Assembly (NCBI RefSeq): GCF_009914755.1
Contig: NC_060929.1
Direction: 5' to 3' (one strand)
DNA: 64,000 bases
Origin: the human T2T-CHM13v2.0 reference genome, Homo sapiens
The notes under the pieces are model-generated. The model was not told the DNA's origin, ran no database searches, and saw nothing but the letters and a program-made list of their open reading frames with translations. This document shows positions 1 to 15,100 of the stretch, in pieces; position 1 is the stretch's first letter, and each line of letters starts with the position of its first letter. A program made the position numbers and the translations under genes.

Positions 1-56
1 TCATTGTTTAACTCTCACTTATGAATGAAAACATGCGGTGTTTGGTTTTCTGTTCC
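1..56 (-). mobile_element. L1PA 3'-region fragment (continues off the window edge)
   Basis: tcattgtttaactctcacttatgaatgaaaacatgcggtgtttggttttctgttcc matches the antisense L1PA ORF2 end/3'UTR, also seen at 1700-1750. Confidence 0.75.
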
Positions 57-1485
57 GAAACAAATATTTTTTTCAATAGGAATAGGTTTGACCAAAGAAT
101 CAGTGATGTTAAAGGTAGCAGAAATCTTTAACGAATTCATTTGTTCTAATCTTTAAATGTTCACACAATAATGATTTTATTATCTATCTATCTATTGTAA
201 ATGAGTCAACAGGAGTCAAATTGATTATCTGCTATCTGACAGATGACTCAATACATTCTGGGGGACGATACCATAGGAGGATGAGGGGGAAGCAAAATAG
301 CTGTTATTTCTGAACTTCACCTCTGATATCCAATAGTCACTCTGTTTTATTTTGAATCAGTGTTATTTCAAATTAAATTTAAAATTCTACCAAAAAGACT
401 ATCTTCAAAATAGGAATGTCCTCTTTTCGTGGAATAAGGATATCTTCCTGATAGGTTTGAATTAATATCTCCAGTAATAAATTAGAAAGTACATTTTATT
501 TTTAAATTGCATGCGTTTAACTATTAATGGCATGGACTATATTTCAAAACTTACTGTGACAGCTTCAATTTTGTTTTATCAAAATAACTTATGTTTGATC
601 ATAGGACATTTCTTTTACATCCAAGGCACAGAAAAGCATTTTTGTAGCATGTCTATTTTAGAAGAACAGTAATACTTGATATTTTTTACTTCATAGGTCA
701 ATATAAATAAACATCAAAATAGATTTTTACAGTTTTTCCCTTACAGAAATGTAATTCTTGCCAGTAAAAAGCAGGTCATATGCAGAGGTTAAATGAAACA
801 CTTGTAACTTGAGGAAATTTGTTTTAAAATAAACATTTTGGTTTACCACAGTCTTTCCTCCTCCTTCAAACTTACCCACAAAGTGAGCTTTCTTTTCATT
901 GTAAGATTGAAAATTTATAGCAATGGTATAATAGAGATAAATCCCAAAGCCACCTATTTCATATTTAGCTCATTTACTCAATATTGACTGGTTAGAAAAA
1001 TTAATCTAGTTTTAAAAAAATAGAAATAAAAATAAAAAGTTTTACCCAAAGCAGGAAATATACTTTCTGCCAACGCTAGCATTGAGTCAAAATATAAAAC
1101 AACTGAGTGCCTGTCTTAGTGTGTTTGTTGGAGTTATGTTTCTTTAAAGATAATACTTTAAAAGTGTTTGCTTATACGCCAACCCAATCTTTAGATAGTT
1201 ATTAGAGAAATTAAATTCTTAGGCACTGATGTTGGTATTCTGTGGAAATATGAGTTGGTTGACAATCATATAGATGACCAAAGCATAATGGGATAAAATG
1301 CAGACCATTAGCTGCTTAGTGAAAAAATGTATCTATCATGGGAAAAACAGACCAGTTTAGAGAGAGCCAGGGTACCAGATGGAGTTGAAGACTAAACAAA
1401 TGGAATTCAGCCAGTATTTTAAGGCAAAATCAAAAGGGGAAAGCAACAGTGCGTTTATGACATAAATCAGTGTCTGAGTCTAGCA

Positions 1486-1942
1486 TTTTTATTATTATTA
1501 TTATACTTTAAGTTCTGGGATACATGTGTATAACATGCAGGCTTGTTACACAGGTATACATGTGCCATCGTGGTTTGCTGCACCCATCAACCCATCATGG
1601 ACATTAGGTATTTCTCCTAATGCTATCCCTCCCCTAGCTCCCCACCCCCCAAACAGGCTTTGGTGTGTGATGTTCCCCACCCTGCGTCCTGTGTTCTCAT
1701 TGCTCAACTCCCACTTATCAGTGAGAACATGCAATGTTCGGTTTTCTGTTCCTGTGTTAGTTTGCTGAGAATGATGGTTTCCAGCTTCATCCATGTCCCT
1801 GCAAAGGACATGAACTCATCCATTTTTATGGCTGCATAGTATTCCACAGTGATTATATGCCACATTTTCTTTATCCAGTCTATCATTGATGAGCATTTGG
1901 GTTGGTTCCAACTCTTTGCTATTGTGAACAGTGCTGCAATAA

Positions 1943-1981
<39 letters not shown>

Positions 1982-2263
1982 TGTCTTTATAATAGAATGA
2001 TTTATAATCCTTTGGATATATACCCAGTAATGGGATTGCTGGGTCAAATGGTATTTCTGGTTCTAGATCCTTGAAGAATCACCACACTGTCTTCCACAAT
2101 GGTTGAACTAATTTACACTCCCACCAACAGTGTAAAAGCATTCCTATTTCAACACATCCTCTCCAGCATCTGTTGTTTCCTGACTTTTTAATGATCACCA
2201 TTCTAACTAGTGTGAAATGGTATCTCACTGTAATTTTTATTTGCGTTTGTATAATGACCAGTG
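1486..2263 (-). mobile_element. 5'-truncated L1PA (L1PA5-8-like) with internal (CA)n at ~1947-1978
   Basis: Antisense 3' end ttattatactttaagttctgggatacatg; ORF 1704-1976 encodes the L1 ORF2 C-terminus (MFIAALFTIAKSWNQPKC...WIKKMWHI). Confidence 0.9.
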
Positions 2264-2730
2264 AGGTTTAAGGCTGAGTATTGATGATGATCAAGGTTAA
2301 GTGGCTGGTAGAGGAGAGGGCTCCTGTGAAGGAGGCTAAGAGAGAATGGTATCAATGGATATAACGTGTTCAGTGAATGCAATGAAGGAAGTTGTTTCAA
2401 AAGCAGGCTGTCATCAACAATATAAAATGTTAATTAGAACTAAGTTGAAGAATGAATAAGGGCTTGACAACGTGAGTGACCTTGGTGCCATTAGTAAATG
2501 AGGTTCAGTGGATGGATATAAGGGCAAGAACAAGTGGGTGAATATGATTCAGGAATCTGGTTAACCAGGCAATGGAGAATCAGAGGCCAGATGAGATGAT
2601 GCCAAAACCGAGATATTGGCAACGACAGAAACCACTACTATGCCCAGGCTACAGGCAATAAAGGAGGGAGTTTCTCAGAGCAAAGAGGCAGGATCATCTG
2701 AAGCAATCTGTAGACCTAAATTGTGCTTAT

Positions 2731-3200
2731 TGAAGGGGTGACCTTCCCCTCCACAACTGTGGGTATTTCTAGTCGGGTGGGACGAGAGACTGAGAAAAGA
2801 AATAAGACACAGAGAAAAAGTATAGAGAAACAACAGTGGGCCCAGGGGACTGGCGCTCAGCATACCAAGGACCTGCACCGGCACCGGTCTCTGGAAAGCA
2901 GGGTGATAATAAGGAGAAGGTCAGCAAAAAACATGTGAGCAAAAAAATCTATGTTATAATTAAGTTCAAGGGAAGGTACTATGACTGGACGTGCACATAA
3001 GCCAGATTTATGTTTCTCTCCACCCAAACATCTCAGTGGAGTAAAGAATAACAAGGCAGAATTGCTGTAAACATGTCTCGCCTGCCACCATAGGGCAGTT
3101 TTTCTCCTATCTCAGAATCGAACAAACGTACAATCGGGTTTTATACCGAGACATTCAGTTCCCAGGGGCAGGCAGGAGACAGTGGCCTTCCTCTATCTCA
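2731..3200 (-). mobile_element. Partial HERV-K(HML-2) LTR5 (LTR5A-like): intact U5 end, U3 truncated, internal deletion
   Basis: Reverse complement aligns by eye to 14578-15098 of the full LTR; starts tgaagggg (= ccccttCA terminus). Confidence 0.9.
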
Positions 3201-4685
3201 GCCTCCAAATATACAAATCAGACCAGGTACCAAGGTTCTGTTTTGGGTGGAATTACAATTAATGAAGTGTGTGCTAAAAGTAGCCCAAAAGGAGCAGACA
3301 CCTCAAAATAGAATTCTGGATCTAAATTCCGTAGTTTACCCTTAACTATCCAGGAGAACAGAATGAACTCCCAACCATCTGTTAGAGATCAGCTTCTTTG
3401 TGCCTGAAGACTCTGCAAAGGTCTGACATCAAGGAAAGAGATTTTGTGATGATCTTCATCAACCCACATTGCTTCCACACTAATAATTATGGACAGGACT
3501 CAACATAATGCAAGGGTAGAAATACACTCCCTAATTCAGATAAAAAATATTTTACAAAGGAAATGCAGGACTTGATTAATATTACTAGCAGAAGAAATAA
3601 TCCATTTGGAATGGATCTTCAGATGTTAGACTACAAAATAAGACTTGATTGAAACTGATAAACAGAAAGTAAGAAATGGACTTGAACCACGTAATTTATT
3701 TTCCAAACATAGACAGTGAGAAACAGGGAAATAAAAATAACTAAAATGGCAAAATATTTGAAACACTAGTTTGTTAATTGATAAATTGGTTCTATTATTG
3801 TTTTGAACTAATTAAATAATTATAGTCAACAACTATTATAAAGATAAATTTATTTCTAAAAAAATAAAAACATGCACTTATGAACAAAACAGAAAAGAAA
3901 ACTTGCTAAAAAGTAGGATACATATACATCAAATTTTGTAAATTAAAATGTTGACAAAAATATAAAAGAAGAATATTATTTCTGATACATATTCAGGCAC
4001 TATTTTTATGTATACTTTCGCTGGCATCTTCTGATAAATAAATGCATTCAATATGGCCTTATATTTTAATTTCTCAAATTAAAATTATCAGCAATCTTCT
4101 TGAGTGTGCACTTAAAATCATTGCCATCTTCAAATTACTCTATTTTATAAGCATAATACTTTAAAGCTAGTGATATACTTTCCTTAGAAAACAAATACCT
4201 TATAACACTGAGAGCAAATTCTGCTACATGGAGCATATTCTTAATTCTAATATTTTTCATATTGAAATTTGTAAATATTTCAGATTAGATATTTTCATAG
4301 GACTTTATATCTCCATTCACAAACTTTAAAAACCTTTCAGAAAAATGTTTCTATAAAGGAAACTTCTAAAATAGATTCACTCTGTCATTTGACTTTAGAT
4401 TCTGTGAAATGTGTAGCTCTGTTTGTATTTCAGTAAATTGGTATTACAATAATTTATTCAATTAAAAAGAACTCCATCAAAAGATTTCTCTCACAAGTTG
4501 AAATATTTCAAAGCACAATTATAAATTTTATAATAAAATTCTGTACACTGTTTTAAAAGTTATTTTAATATTTTTTCTTTTCTCATTTTTTTAAGACTGT
4601 GTTTTAGTTTCTTCCAAGTTGCAAGCTTTAACAAGTATTATTAACTAAAAGATTCAAACCTAAGTTTTGATGCACAATTTTTTAA

Positions 4686-5070
<385 letters not shown>

Positions 5071-5116
5071 ATTTATTTTGCTTTTAAATCAAATTTATTT
5101 ACAAAACAGTCACTTC

Positions 5117-5231
5117 AGCTTAGTGCAGTGATGTGCACCAGTGGTCTCAACTACTCTAGAGGCTGAAGCAGAAGGATCCATTGAGGCCATGAGTTTGAGG
5201 CCAGCCTAGGAAATATAGTGAGATGCCATCG
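5117..5231 (+). mobile_element. FLAM-like Alu monomer
   Basis: gaggctgaagcagaaggatc...gagtttgaggccagcctaggaaatatagtgaga; single monomer. Confidence 0.75.
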
Positions 5232-6423
5232 CTAACTTTCTTTTTTAGTCTTATTTTTAGAAAAGAGCCAGCTCACTACCAGTTCTATGCTATTGTAGGA
5301 CACTGAGACTTATTTTAAAGTGACTTTTTTTCAAATTGATTATAGGCATCAAAGAGAGAATACTTGGCTGTCATGCTTTTTACCTCATACTGCATTATGA
5401 TAAAAGTTTCATAGTTCATATTCTGTTACTGTGCATACATAAAATATGCTTTTGTCTATAGCTATCCAGTTTATTACAATAGGTAAAACATTACAGGGGT
5501 TTTGAGGCAGTTATAAACTGTATATTTATATCACTGCCAATCCAAAGTAAACTTTTCCTTTATAAGATCCTTAATAAAACACATTAAAATATGACGCTGT
5601 GTTCTATCAAAATTTACATTTATATTAGCACAAAATTTGCATTCATATTAGTGCAAAACAATTTTTTATTTAATATTAACTTTTTAGACTAATATTTCCA
5701 CAAATGAAGGATATTTTATCATTGACATAATGAATTCCCAGAAGCTTCAATTCATTTGCATTAATTGGATGAAAAAAGTCAAACAATTATTGAATTAATT
5801 GACTTTTTATCTAAAAGTTGTGATGACACTAATATTAGATACTTTTATTATGTATCCTTAACTGTTTGTAAAGTATGTTTTCTGGCTAAGGGAGCCAGTG
5901 TATTAAGATCTACTACAGATATCTAGGTGTTCTATTGATGCAAAGGCAGTGGTTGGATAAGAATAAAATAAAATGAGGAAAATTTGTAAGTTAACATACT
6001 TTATATTGCCTTCATTTTCACAAAATCTACTAATTATATTATAATGAGGCTTTCCCATGATTTAGTTACACTGATTTATCACCAAATTAAAAATGCCTTG
6101 AGTTATTTTAGCTCCCAAAATTGTCTTAATACTTTTAATTTTGAGAAACTTTTTCTGCTAAGATTGCAACTAAATTTCAACAGCATTCATAAGCAATATT
6201 TAGATTCAGAAGCTAACCCTGAATCTTCAAATATTTTATATAATTATCATTATTGATTTATTTTAATTTTAGTACGTAGATCAAAATAACTTGCATCAAG
6301 AGGATAGCTGATTCTGAATACCTAATCCATGCTGTACTAAATAATTTGTCTTTCAGAATTTCTATACTAGGATTATATAAATAAAACATTTTAAAGAGAA
6401 GTATTTTGTTTATATGTTTACAT

Positions 6424-6541
6424 TTTCTTTTATTTAAGACTATACCTTGATCTAAAAAAGCCAGTTTATAGTCTCTTTAAACTTTCTTTTATTTAAGACT
6501 ATACGTTGATCTAAAAAAGCCAGATCATTGTCTCTTTAAAC
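6424..6541. repeat. 59-bp tandem duplication (2 copies)
   Basis: tttcttttatttaagactatac(c/g)ttgatctaaaaaagccag...gtctctttaaac repeated at offset 59. Confidence 0.95.
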
Positions 6542-6997
6542 TTTTATTTTGGGATTAGTTATGTGAATTTTCTTTTCCATGGTATTATGAACGTTTCATG
6601 CTGTTGTTCTAATTTTCTTATATTTTATTGGAATATAATTATGTCGAATATTTCATATGCATTGTTTTCTATTAAAAATAATTTTCTCTTTTTTAAAAAT
6701 GTTTCAACCTATTAAAAATTAAACAATAAAACTTAGACATCCTTTTTTTGAGTGTACATTATCATAACAGATAAAGAGTTCAAATTAAATGACAGAATAT
6801 TTTTCCCAATAAAGAAAATGATTTGCCACTTTTCATAAAGGGTGTGTTTTATTTCATTGTTCTTGTGAGTACTATGCACTGTTTATTTAAATGTATTTGC
6901 TTTAATAGTTTTTAGTAATTCTTCTCTTTGATTGTCTAACAGAAGTGGTAAGCTCATCTTTGATATGTAATTCATCAAGTTGTTTTAACTTTTGGAG

Positions 6998-7185
6998 CAG
7001 TGGCCCCAGCCCTTTTGGCACCAAGGATGGTGCCAAATGTCTCGTGGAAGACAATCTATCCATAGATGGGGTTGGGGGATTGGAGGGTGGAGGGAAGGTT
7101 TCCAAGATGAAACTGTTCTACTAATGCCAAATCATCAGGCATTAGATTGTCATACGGAGCTCTGCCTGGGGGTTGGGTACCTTTG
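6998..7185. mobile_element. MER1B-like hAT-Charlie MITE, internally deleted
   Basis: cagtggccccagccccttttggcacc...gggggttgggtacctttg TIR-like ends; 8-bp TSD ttttggag (6990-6997) / ttttagag (7186-7193). Confidence 0.8.
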
Positions 7186-10094
7186 TTTTAGAGAATCCAG
7201 AATATGTTATAAGGAATATTTAAATTGTTCTAAAGAATGTCATTGTAATTGGCACAATTCAATTCAAGTCTCATCTTCTTGTAACTCATTTAAATTTTGG
7301 GCTATTTATGGAACGAAGAGATCTCTATTTCTAGCAAAAATTCTGGATTGTATTATTTTTATTCTTATTGCTATCATTAAAGTTTCAATTAATGATTTAA
7401 ATTGCAGTCTGCTTTTTTAATCTTCACATAAGTCAAGGCTTATTTTTTATCAAGGAAAACCCAATGATACAGTCATGAGTTTAAACTTTGTTTTCTTTTG
7501 TAGTATAAAAATGTGTAAAATAAGTCTCAGTTGTTTAACATGACTTTATGCTTGTTACAAACTACTTGACCTGAGTAATGTTTACTTTTAAAATTTTATG
7601 CATGTCATAAAATTATCCATTTTATAGTGGATAATAAAACAAATTTTCTATCCTAAAGAGTAATTCTTTATTTTACCATGTTTTTTAAAATCTATCTTAC
7701 ATGATTTGTCATTCAAAATCAAATTTTATAATAATTTCTACAAAAAAATAAAGTTTATATTGTTTTCTGCAAATAGCAAATGATCAGGGCCACAAGAATT
7801 ATCATTATTATTGGCTAGATGTTAGATATGCATTTTTTTTAAGAACAGCATGGAAATGGTCTTTACTAATAATATGTGTTGAATAACATGGTGTAGCTTT
7901 AATTTATTCATATATATAGTAATTGCTACATAGAGGAAACTGCTCTATTTCATTATTGTCAGTTTTTGAAAATCATTCCAAACCACCTTTCTAAATATTT
8001 TATCTTCTTTTATTCTGCTTTTGAGTTTCCTGAGTTCCAACTTTGTAATTTTGAGATACATTAAGATTCCACATTTCACTCATTCCCAATGATCTAAATG
8101 TTTTTAAAAATAAAACTGAACTGTACCTATGTTTAAGAAAAGTAATATGCTTTCTTAAAAGTGAAAGACTGATTTACTACTCTATGGTTTCAGAGATCCA
8201 GAATCTTTGTATTTTGGTGCTAAAAAAAATATGCCCTGTATGTTGTGATCCAAATGGAAGCATCTACACTGAAAACAACAGGATGTATGAAACTGATTTT
8301 TCAAACATGAATAAGATGTAAAACCCCACAATAAGTTCAAACCGAGAATCTCCACTTACATCCAAAATTTCCTCATGTGTTTGTTCCTGTCTGTAAGTGA
8401 CAATTCAGAAAACATGGTTTCTTCTGCATAGTCTTATGTCTGGGGGTGGGGAAAAAAAAAAACCTTTAGGTGTTTTCTATAATAAGGAAAATAGAGAAAG
8501 AGAAAACAAAGATCCATAGTAAACAATTAGTACTCTCTTGTCAGCTTGGGGTTCTGATGATTGAAAAGTTTGCTTTGAAGTCATAACCATATAATAACCT
8601 TTAATGCATCCTTTTTTCATATACATTCAGATTCTTCTTTTTCCATTTGAATCTATTGCTTCAAACTGCCTTATTTAAAATTAACTTCATACTAAAATAT
8701 CCTGTTTTTCCTGGAATACAGCTTCTGAATACGTTGTGAAATATCTTTTTAATTAATCATTACGTATTTAAGATTTGTATGTAGAATTTTATGTATGTTT
8801 ATGTGTAATGTATCCTTATAGATGTCCATATATATGTATAAGTTTCATATGTATTATTTTTTCAAGTTTAAGAGTTTTATAATAAATATTTAGGAATTAT
8901 CATAAAATGAGTATAAAATATTTGATATTTATGTGAAATATAATTCATATTATATGCATAGTTCATATCACACACATACACAGAAAATTATAGCTAATCT
9001 GGAGTTTCTACTGTTTTTGTGGCAATGAAAATCTTGTATTATAAAATCAGCTATATTTTCAGATTTATTAGCATTGATTATATCCTGTATTATTTAATGC
9101 ATTTTAAATCTTCCACATATCACTTGGTATGCTGCACTTCTCATTTCTAATTATGTTTTTATTTGTACTTTTGCACTTTTGTTAATGAGATTGTCAGCTG
9201 CTTATCTATTTTATTTTCAAAAGCAAGCACACTGCTGCATTTACTTACCAAGTCTATTTTGTTGAGACTCATATATAACACTGCTGTGTTGTTAAGGTAA
9301 ACAATATGAATCACAAACATTGAGCTTTTGGTTGTTATGTTTGTAAGGTTATTTGACCCTGGGATATAAGTCCATGAATGCAAGGTTGTTTGACCACAAG
9401 ATGTAAGTCCATAAATGATAGCATAGTGTCTCATTAGATAGGAATGTGCCTGTTTTTAATCCTTACAAAAAGAAATAGTAGATGTGTTATACATAATGTA
9501 GGTCTTTTTTCAGGGAAGTATATGGAAGTAATCTCCTGAAAATGCAAATGTTCTTAAGTTGTTTTCAGTATTTGGAGAAATTTGCATATGGCATTTTTTT
9601 TTTTCTGAAAGGTAGTGAGGAATAAGTGGGTGGATTGTGTTAGGCACGACATCTCATCCCAGTGGTGACATTTTTTGACACTCATTGGGCAAAGCATGTA
9701 TAGACAAAACCCAAGGATGTTTTTATAAAGGACTCTAAGATCTGGTTGAGGTAGGGTTGGAGTATAAAAATGAAACTGAGAAGACCTATATAGGTGATTC
9801 AGGGGATAGAACACAGAGCAGGGCATAGAATTGGAGAAGAGGGTGCTTCTATTATATGTAGAAAACAGCATAATTCTGGTAACTCAAGGAATTGCAGAAT
9901 TATTGGTGCAGGGTCTAATAAAGAATGCCATCAACAGAGAAGAAAAATAATCCTTGAATTAAGGTAAGAGAAGAGACCTGATACAAGTAACACCTTCATG
10001 CAGGGCAGAACAAAAATGGTGGTGAGCACATAGTGCCACTCTATGTGAGTGTTATATTACCAAGGAGTCAGTGGAAGCAAAAACAAACAAACAA

Positions 10095-10670
10095 AAGAGG
10101 TTGCAACTTATCTGTTACTCTTCACATCTAAAGTTGAGGTTTTTGTCAACTCCTCTTGAATCTAGTCAGGCTTAAATTAATCTAGTGACTGCTTTGACTG
10201 CTTTGATTACTGCGGTGTGGCAGAAGCAATGCTAAGTGACATCCAAGGAAAGATCATAAAAGGCTTTGGGGTTTCTACTTCATCTCTTGGCAAACTTGTG
10301 CTTTGGAACAATCCTTCTGATGGCTCTTCTTGCTGCTCCTTTTCTGGCAACCCGTAGCAGGTTTTGAGAAGTCCAAACCACGCAGGAAAGCTAAATGTAG
10401 GTAATCTGATCAACTGTCCCAGCTAAGTCCAGTCTTGGAATAATCCCAGCCCAAGCATCACACATGTTAAAGAAAAAGCCTTAGGTTAATTATAGCAGTA
10501 ATTAACATAGCTCATGGCACTCGCAGGCATTTGAGTCAACTTAGATGAGAACCCAGATACAGTGGAGCAGGAACGAGCTATCTAAATTCCTGACACAGAG
10601 AAACCATGACTGTAATGAAAGAATGTGTTATAGATTGAGGTAGTTTTTATGCAAAAAAAAGGTAATCAGA
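10095..10670 (+). mobile_element. Old MaLR LTR (MLT1G/H-like)
   Basis: ctcctcttgaatct...gtgactgctttgac...gcagaagcaatgctaagtgac...aaattcctgacacagagaaaccatga motifs typical of MLT1. Confidence 0.55.
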
Positions 10671-10899
10671 ACAAAACACATAAACGTATATGTATACCAC
10701 TAGAAAGATGGAAGTATTTGCTATAGGGTGAACATAGAATGTATTGAGCAAGAACAGAAAATCTACATTATCAATATAATTAGCCTTTTTATCTGGTTTA
10801 AAATGCTGTGATACAAATAGATACATACATGCATGCATACATAGATTAAATATATAGAAACATAAATAAGCAGAGAATACTACCTCTATGCATACTTAG

Positions 10900-11208
<309 letters not shown>

Positions 11209-11216
11209 TGTTTTAA

Positions 11217-11450
<234 letters not shown>

Positions 11451-11499
11451 TGATAAGCAACAATAGATAACCTACAATAAATAATATATGTAGTATAGT

Positions 11500-13250
11500 A
11501 CATACACTATGTGTGTTTCTGTAACTACTTCTTTTGCTCATTATAATGTTTTTAAGGTAAATTTTTCAATATTTATCCATGTTATGGCATATTCCACTAA
11601 TTAATTTATTGTTATCACAAAGTAGAATTCCATTGTATGAAAATATAATTTTAAGATTATTGGCAGTTATTGAAATCTTATTTGTTTCCCTTTTTTGGTT
11701 TATTATGAATAAAGCTGATGCAAATTTCTCGTGGACACACATTTTCATTTTTTCAGGAAAACGGTATCTTGGTCATGACATAGAAATATTTTTTATTTTT
11801 AAGATATTGCCAAAATCTTCTCAAAAGCTTTAAAACTTTACACTCTCATTAATAAAATATGAGAGTTCTATTTGTTATACATCCTCACCAATATTTTCCA
11901 TTGTCAGTCTTCTTGATCATAGCTTTTTTAGAATTGCTTTATGGCTTAATTTTCATGTCTGATAACTAATGATGTTCAGCAACTTTTAAGGGGCTTTCTA
12001 AAGATTTGTATATCTTATTTAGTCAAATATAATCAATTTTTATCTGCATATTTATCTATTAAATTCCCTTGTTCTTTCTAGGGGTACTTGCACATTTTGG
12101 ACATGAATGTTTTTTCATATATGTATACAATAATTATTTTCTATCAGTGTGTTTTATCAATTCACTTTTTCTTTTGATGACCAGATAAGTTATCCTTATT
12201 CATATGTTTACCAATTGCGGTATTTCTCTCTACACATTTGGATTTCATATTATATAACTTCAGAATGAAAAACTACTTTATCAATTATTGCAATGCAACT
12301 TTGCTGGAGAAAAATTAAATTATATCTTTAAAAATTATTTTTAAATATCTTTTTATTTTGCCTTCTTTTTGAAATATGTTTTTTCTAGATATAACATTTC
12401 AGGTTTATAGTTTACTTTGTCCTCAGCACTTTAAATATGTTATTCCATTATCTCCTTTGTCTTCTTTCTCTATTTTATTCTAGTAAGATTTTAGTGTCAT
12501 TTTGCTTATTTGATTTTTTAAAGTGTGCCATTTCCCAAGAGCCCAGCAGTTTTTATGATTTCTTCCTTTATTTAATGTACAGTCCTTTGACTATAATATG
12601 CTTAGTTTAGTTTTCTGTGCATTTATCCTGATTGGGATAGACTGAGCATCTTAGATCTCACAGTTAAGGCAGTACAATATTTTGGGAAAATTCTTGGCTA
12701 CTGTTTCCTCAAATGTGTCTTATGCTCAGTTTTTTCATTGCTTTCCACCTGGTATTCCAGCAACATGCATGCTAAACCATTTTACATTTTCCACAGGTCT
12801 TGTGTATTCTGTTGATTTTTTAATTGTTTCTTATCATTTTTATTTTTGTTATTTTTTTGTTTTACTCTTCAATTATAGATAATTTATAGACTGGCTTTAA
12901 TTTGAATGATACTTTTTTATATTGAATCTAATTCACTGTGAATTTCAACGACAGATGTTTTTATTAACATTATTTCATTTTTCCGTTCTAACATTCCCAT
13001 TTGCTTTTTATATCTTCATTTTATGTGTTAAAAATTGTCATCTGTTTATCCATGTAACTTTCTAATAGATCATTTATCTAATATTTTGCATAGTTATTTT
13101 AAATGTTTGGTTTGATTATTTCAAAATATTCTTCTATTGATCTTTTTCTCTTTTGATTATGGGTTATGTTTTTGTACTTCTTTCAAATTTCACAATCTTA
13201 TTTATATGTAGGTCAGTGTCTATAAAAACAAACACTAAAGGTTGATACTA
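11500..13250 (-). mobile_element. Old L1M fragments
   Basis: T-rich; L1M-like motifs (attccattgtatga, attatgaataaagctg, acatcctcaccaa, cagcactttaaatatgttattcca). Boundaries approximate. Confidence 0.55.
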
Positions 13251-14632
13251 ATAATGTGACTTCCAGAATCTGTCTGTCATACTCCATATTCTAACAGGCT
13301 ACTAGATTGTATGATCGATAACTAGTCAGCAGCTTAGTTGTATCTGGCCTTTTTACAGCTGTAGTTAGATTTAGCCTACTACCCGTATTTTAGGAGAATT
13401 ATTAAGACCTTCCCTCTAACAGGAATGGAATCTCAGGACTCTTACTCTGATATGATTTTTTTCTACTATGGAAGATTTCACTTTGATTTTTAATCCACTG
13501 CCAGATATTTGGGTGTGTGTATATTGTTCACGCTCCACTCCTGTCCCTCTTTTTAAGTTGCTCAAATATTTTGTTGTTACTGCAGTTCCCTGTTCTTGGC
13601 CTTTAGCAGGCCGTTGCCTGACACTCAGGATAAGCCACTCTCGTTTGGTGCTACGTCTCAGCTCTCCTGCCCTGCCCTGTGGTTTGGGCTGTTGCCTTAT
13701 ATCTGAGAAGTCCACTGCACATTCTAGAGAGCTATTTTGTCTTTACTAACAGGTTCTCAGCTATTGACATGCTGTCTGTATTTACTCAAGGAAGAATATC
13801 AGAGTTACTGTTGGTAATTAGAAGGAGGTTCACTTGGTAACTAGGAATCCTCAAGGTTCTAAGTCATCACTTAGCCTATGCATGGCCATTACAAGTTTCA
13901 TAAAACTTCATCTGGTTTCTTTTTCCCTTGTGCATTCAGGACTCTGTCCATTATGCTCCCAAAATGAAAATAGCAAAGAGACTCTTATCTCCTATAAAGG
14001 GGCATTCTTTTTCTAGAATTTACTTTACTTAAATTTGTAAATGTTTAGTTCTGTGAAAGGAAGGAGATAGCTCTGATTTGGTAACCTATATTGTAGGGAA
14101 AAGAAAGAGACACCAGACTGTTACTGTGTCTATGTAGAAAGGTAAGACATAAGAGACTCCATTTTGAAAAAGACCTGTACTTTAAATAATTGCTTTGCTG
14201 AGATGTTGTTAATTTGTAGCTTTGCCCCAGCCACTTTGACCCAACCTGGAGCTCACAAAAACATGTGTTGTATGAACTCAAGGTTTAAGGGATCTAGGGC
14301 TGTGCAGGACGTGCCTTGTTAACAAAATGTTTACAAGCAGTATACTTGGTAAAAGTCATCGCCACTCTCTAGTCTCAATAAACCAGGGGCACAATAGACT
14401 GCGGAAAGCCGCAGGGACCTCTGCCCTTGAAAATGGGGTATTGGCCAAGGTTTCTCCCCATGTGATAGTCTGAAATATGGCCTCATGGGATGAGAAAGAC
14501 CTGACCGTCCCCCAGTCCGGCACCTGTAAAGGGTCTGTGCCGAGGTGGGTTAGTAAAAGAGGAAAGCCTCTTGCAGTTGAGATAGAGGAAGGCCACTGTC
14601 TCCTGCCTGCCCCTGGGAAGTGAATGTCTCGG

Positions 14633-14639
14633 TATAAAA
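14633..14639 (+). promoter_or_regulatory. LTR5 TATA-like box
   Basis: gtctcggTATAAAAcccg at the position expected in HML-2 U3. Confidence 0.7.
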
Positions 14640-14925
14640 CCCGAGTGTACATTTGTTCAATTCTGAGATCAGAGAAAAACCACCCTATGGTGGGAGGTGA
14701 GACATGTTTGCAGCATTGCTGCTTTGTTATTGTTTACTCCACTGAGATGTTTGGGTGGAGAGAAGCATAAATCTGGCTTACATGCCCGTCCAGTCATAGT
14801 TCCTTCCCTTGAACTTAGTTATGATGTAGATTCTTTTGCTCACATGTTTGTTGCTGACCTTCTCCTTATTATCACCCTGCCCTCTTACTACATTCCTTTT
14901 TGCTGAAATAATGAAGATAATAATC

Positions 14926-14931
14926 AATAAA
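14926..14931 (+). terminator. LTR5 poly(A) signal
   Basis: aatcAATAAAaactgaggg in the R region. Confidence 0.75.
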
Positions 14932-15100
14932 AACTGAGGGATCTCAGAGACCAGTGCCAGTGCAGGTCCTTGGTATGCAGCCCCTGGGCCCACTGTTGTT
15001 TCTCTATACTTTTTCTCTGTGTCTTCTTTCTTTTCTCAGTCTCTCATCCCACCCGACTAGAAATACCCACAGGTGTGGAGGGGCAGGCCACCCCTTCATC

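Larger units (their letters stand above)
14092..15098 (+). mobile_element. Full-length (1007 bp) HERV-K(HML-2) LTR5, LTR5A-like
   Basis: TG...CA termini (tgtagggaaaagaaagaga...ccaccccttca); hallmark LTR5 sequence ctgttactgtgtctatgtagaaag. Confidence 0.95.
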
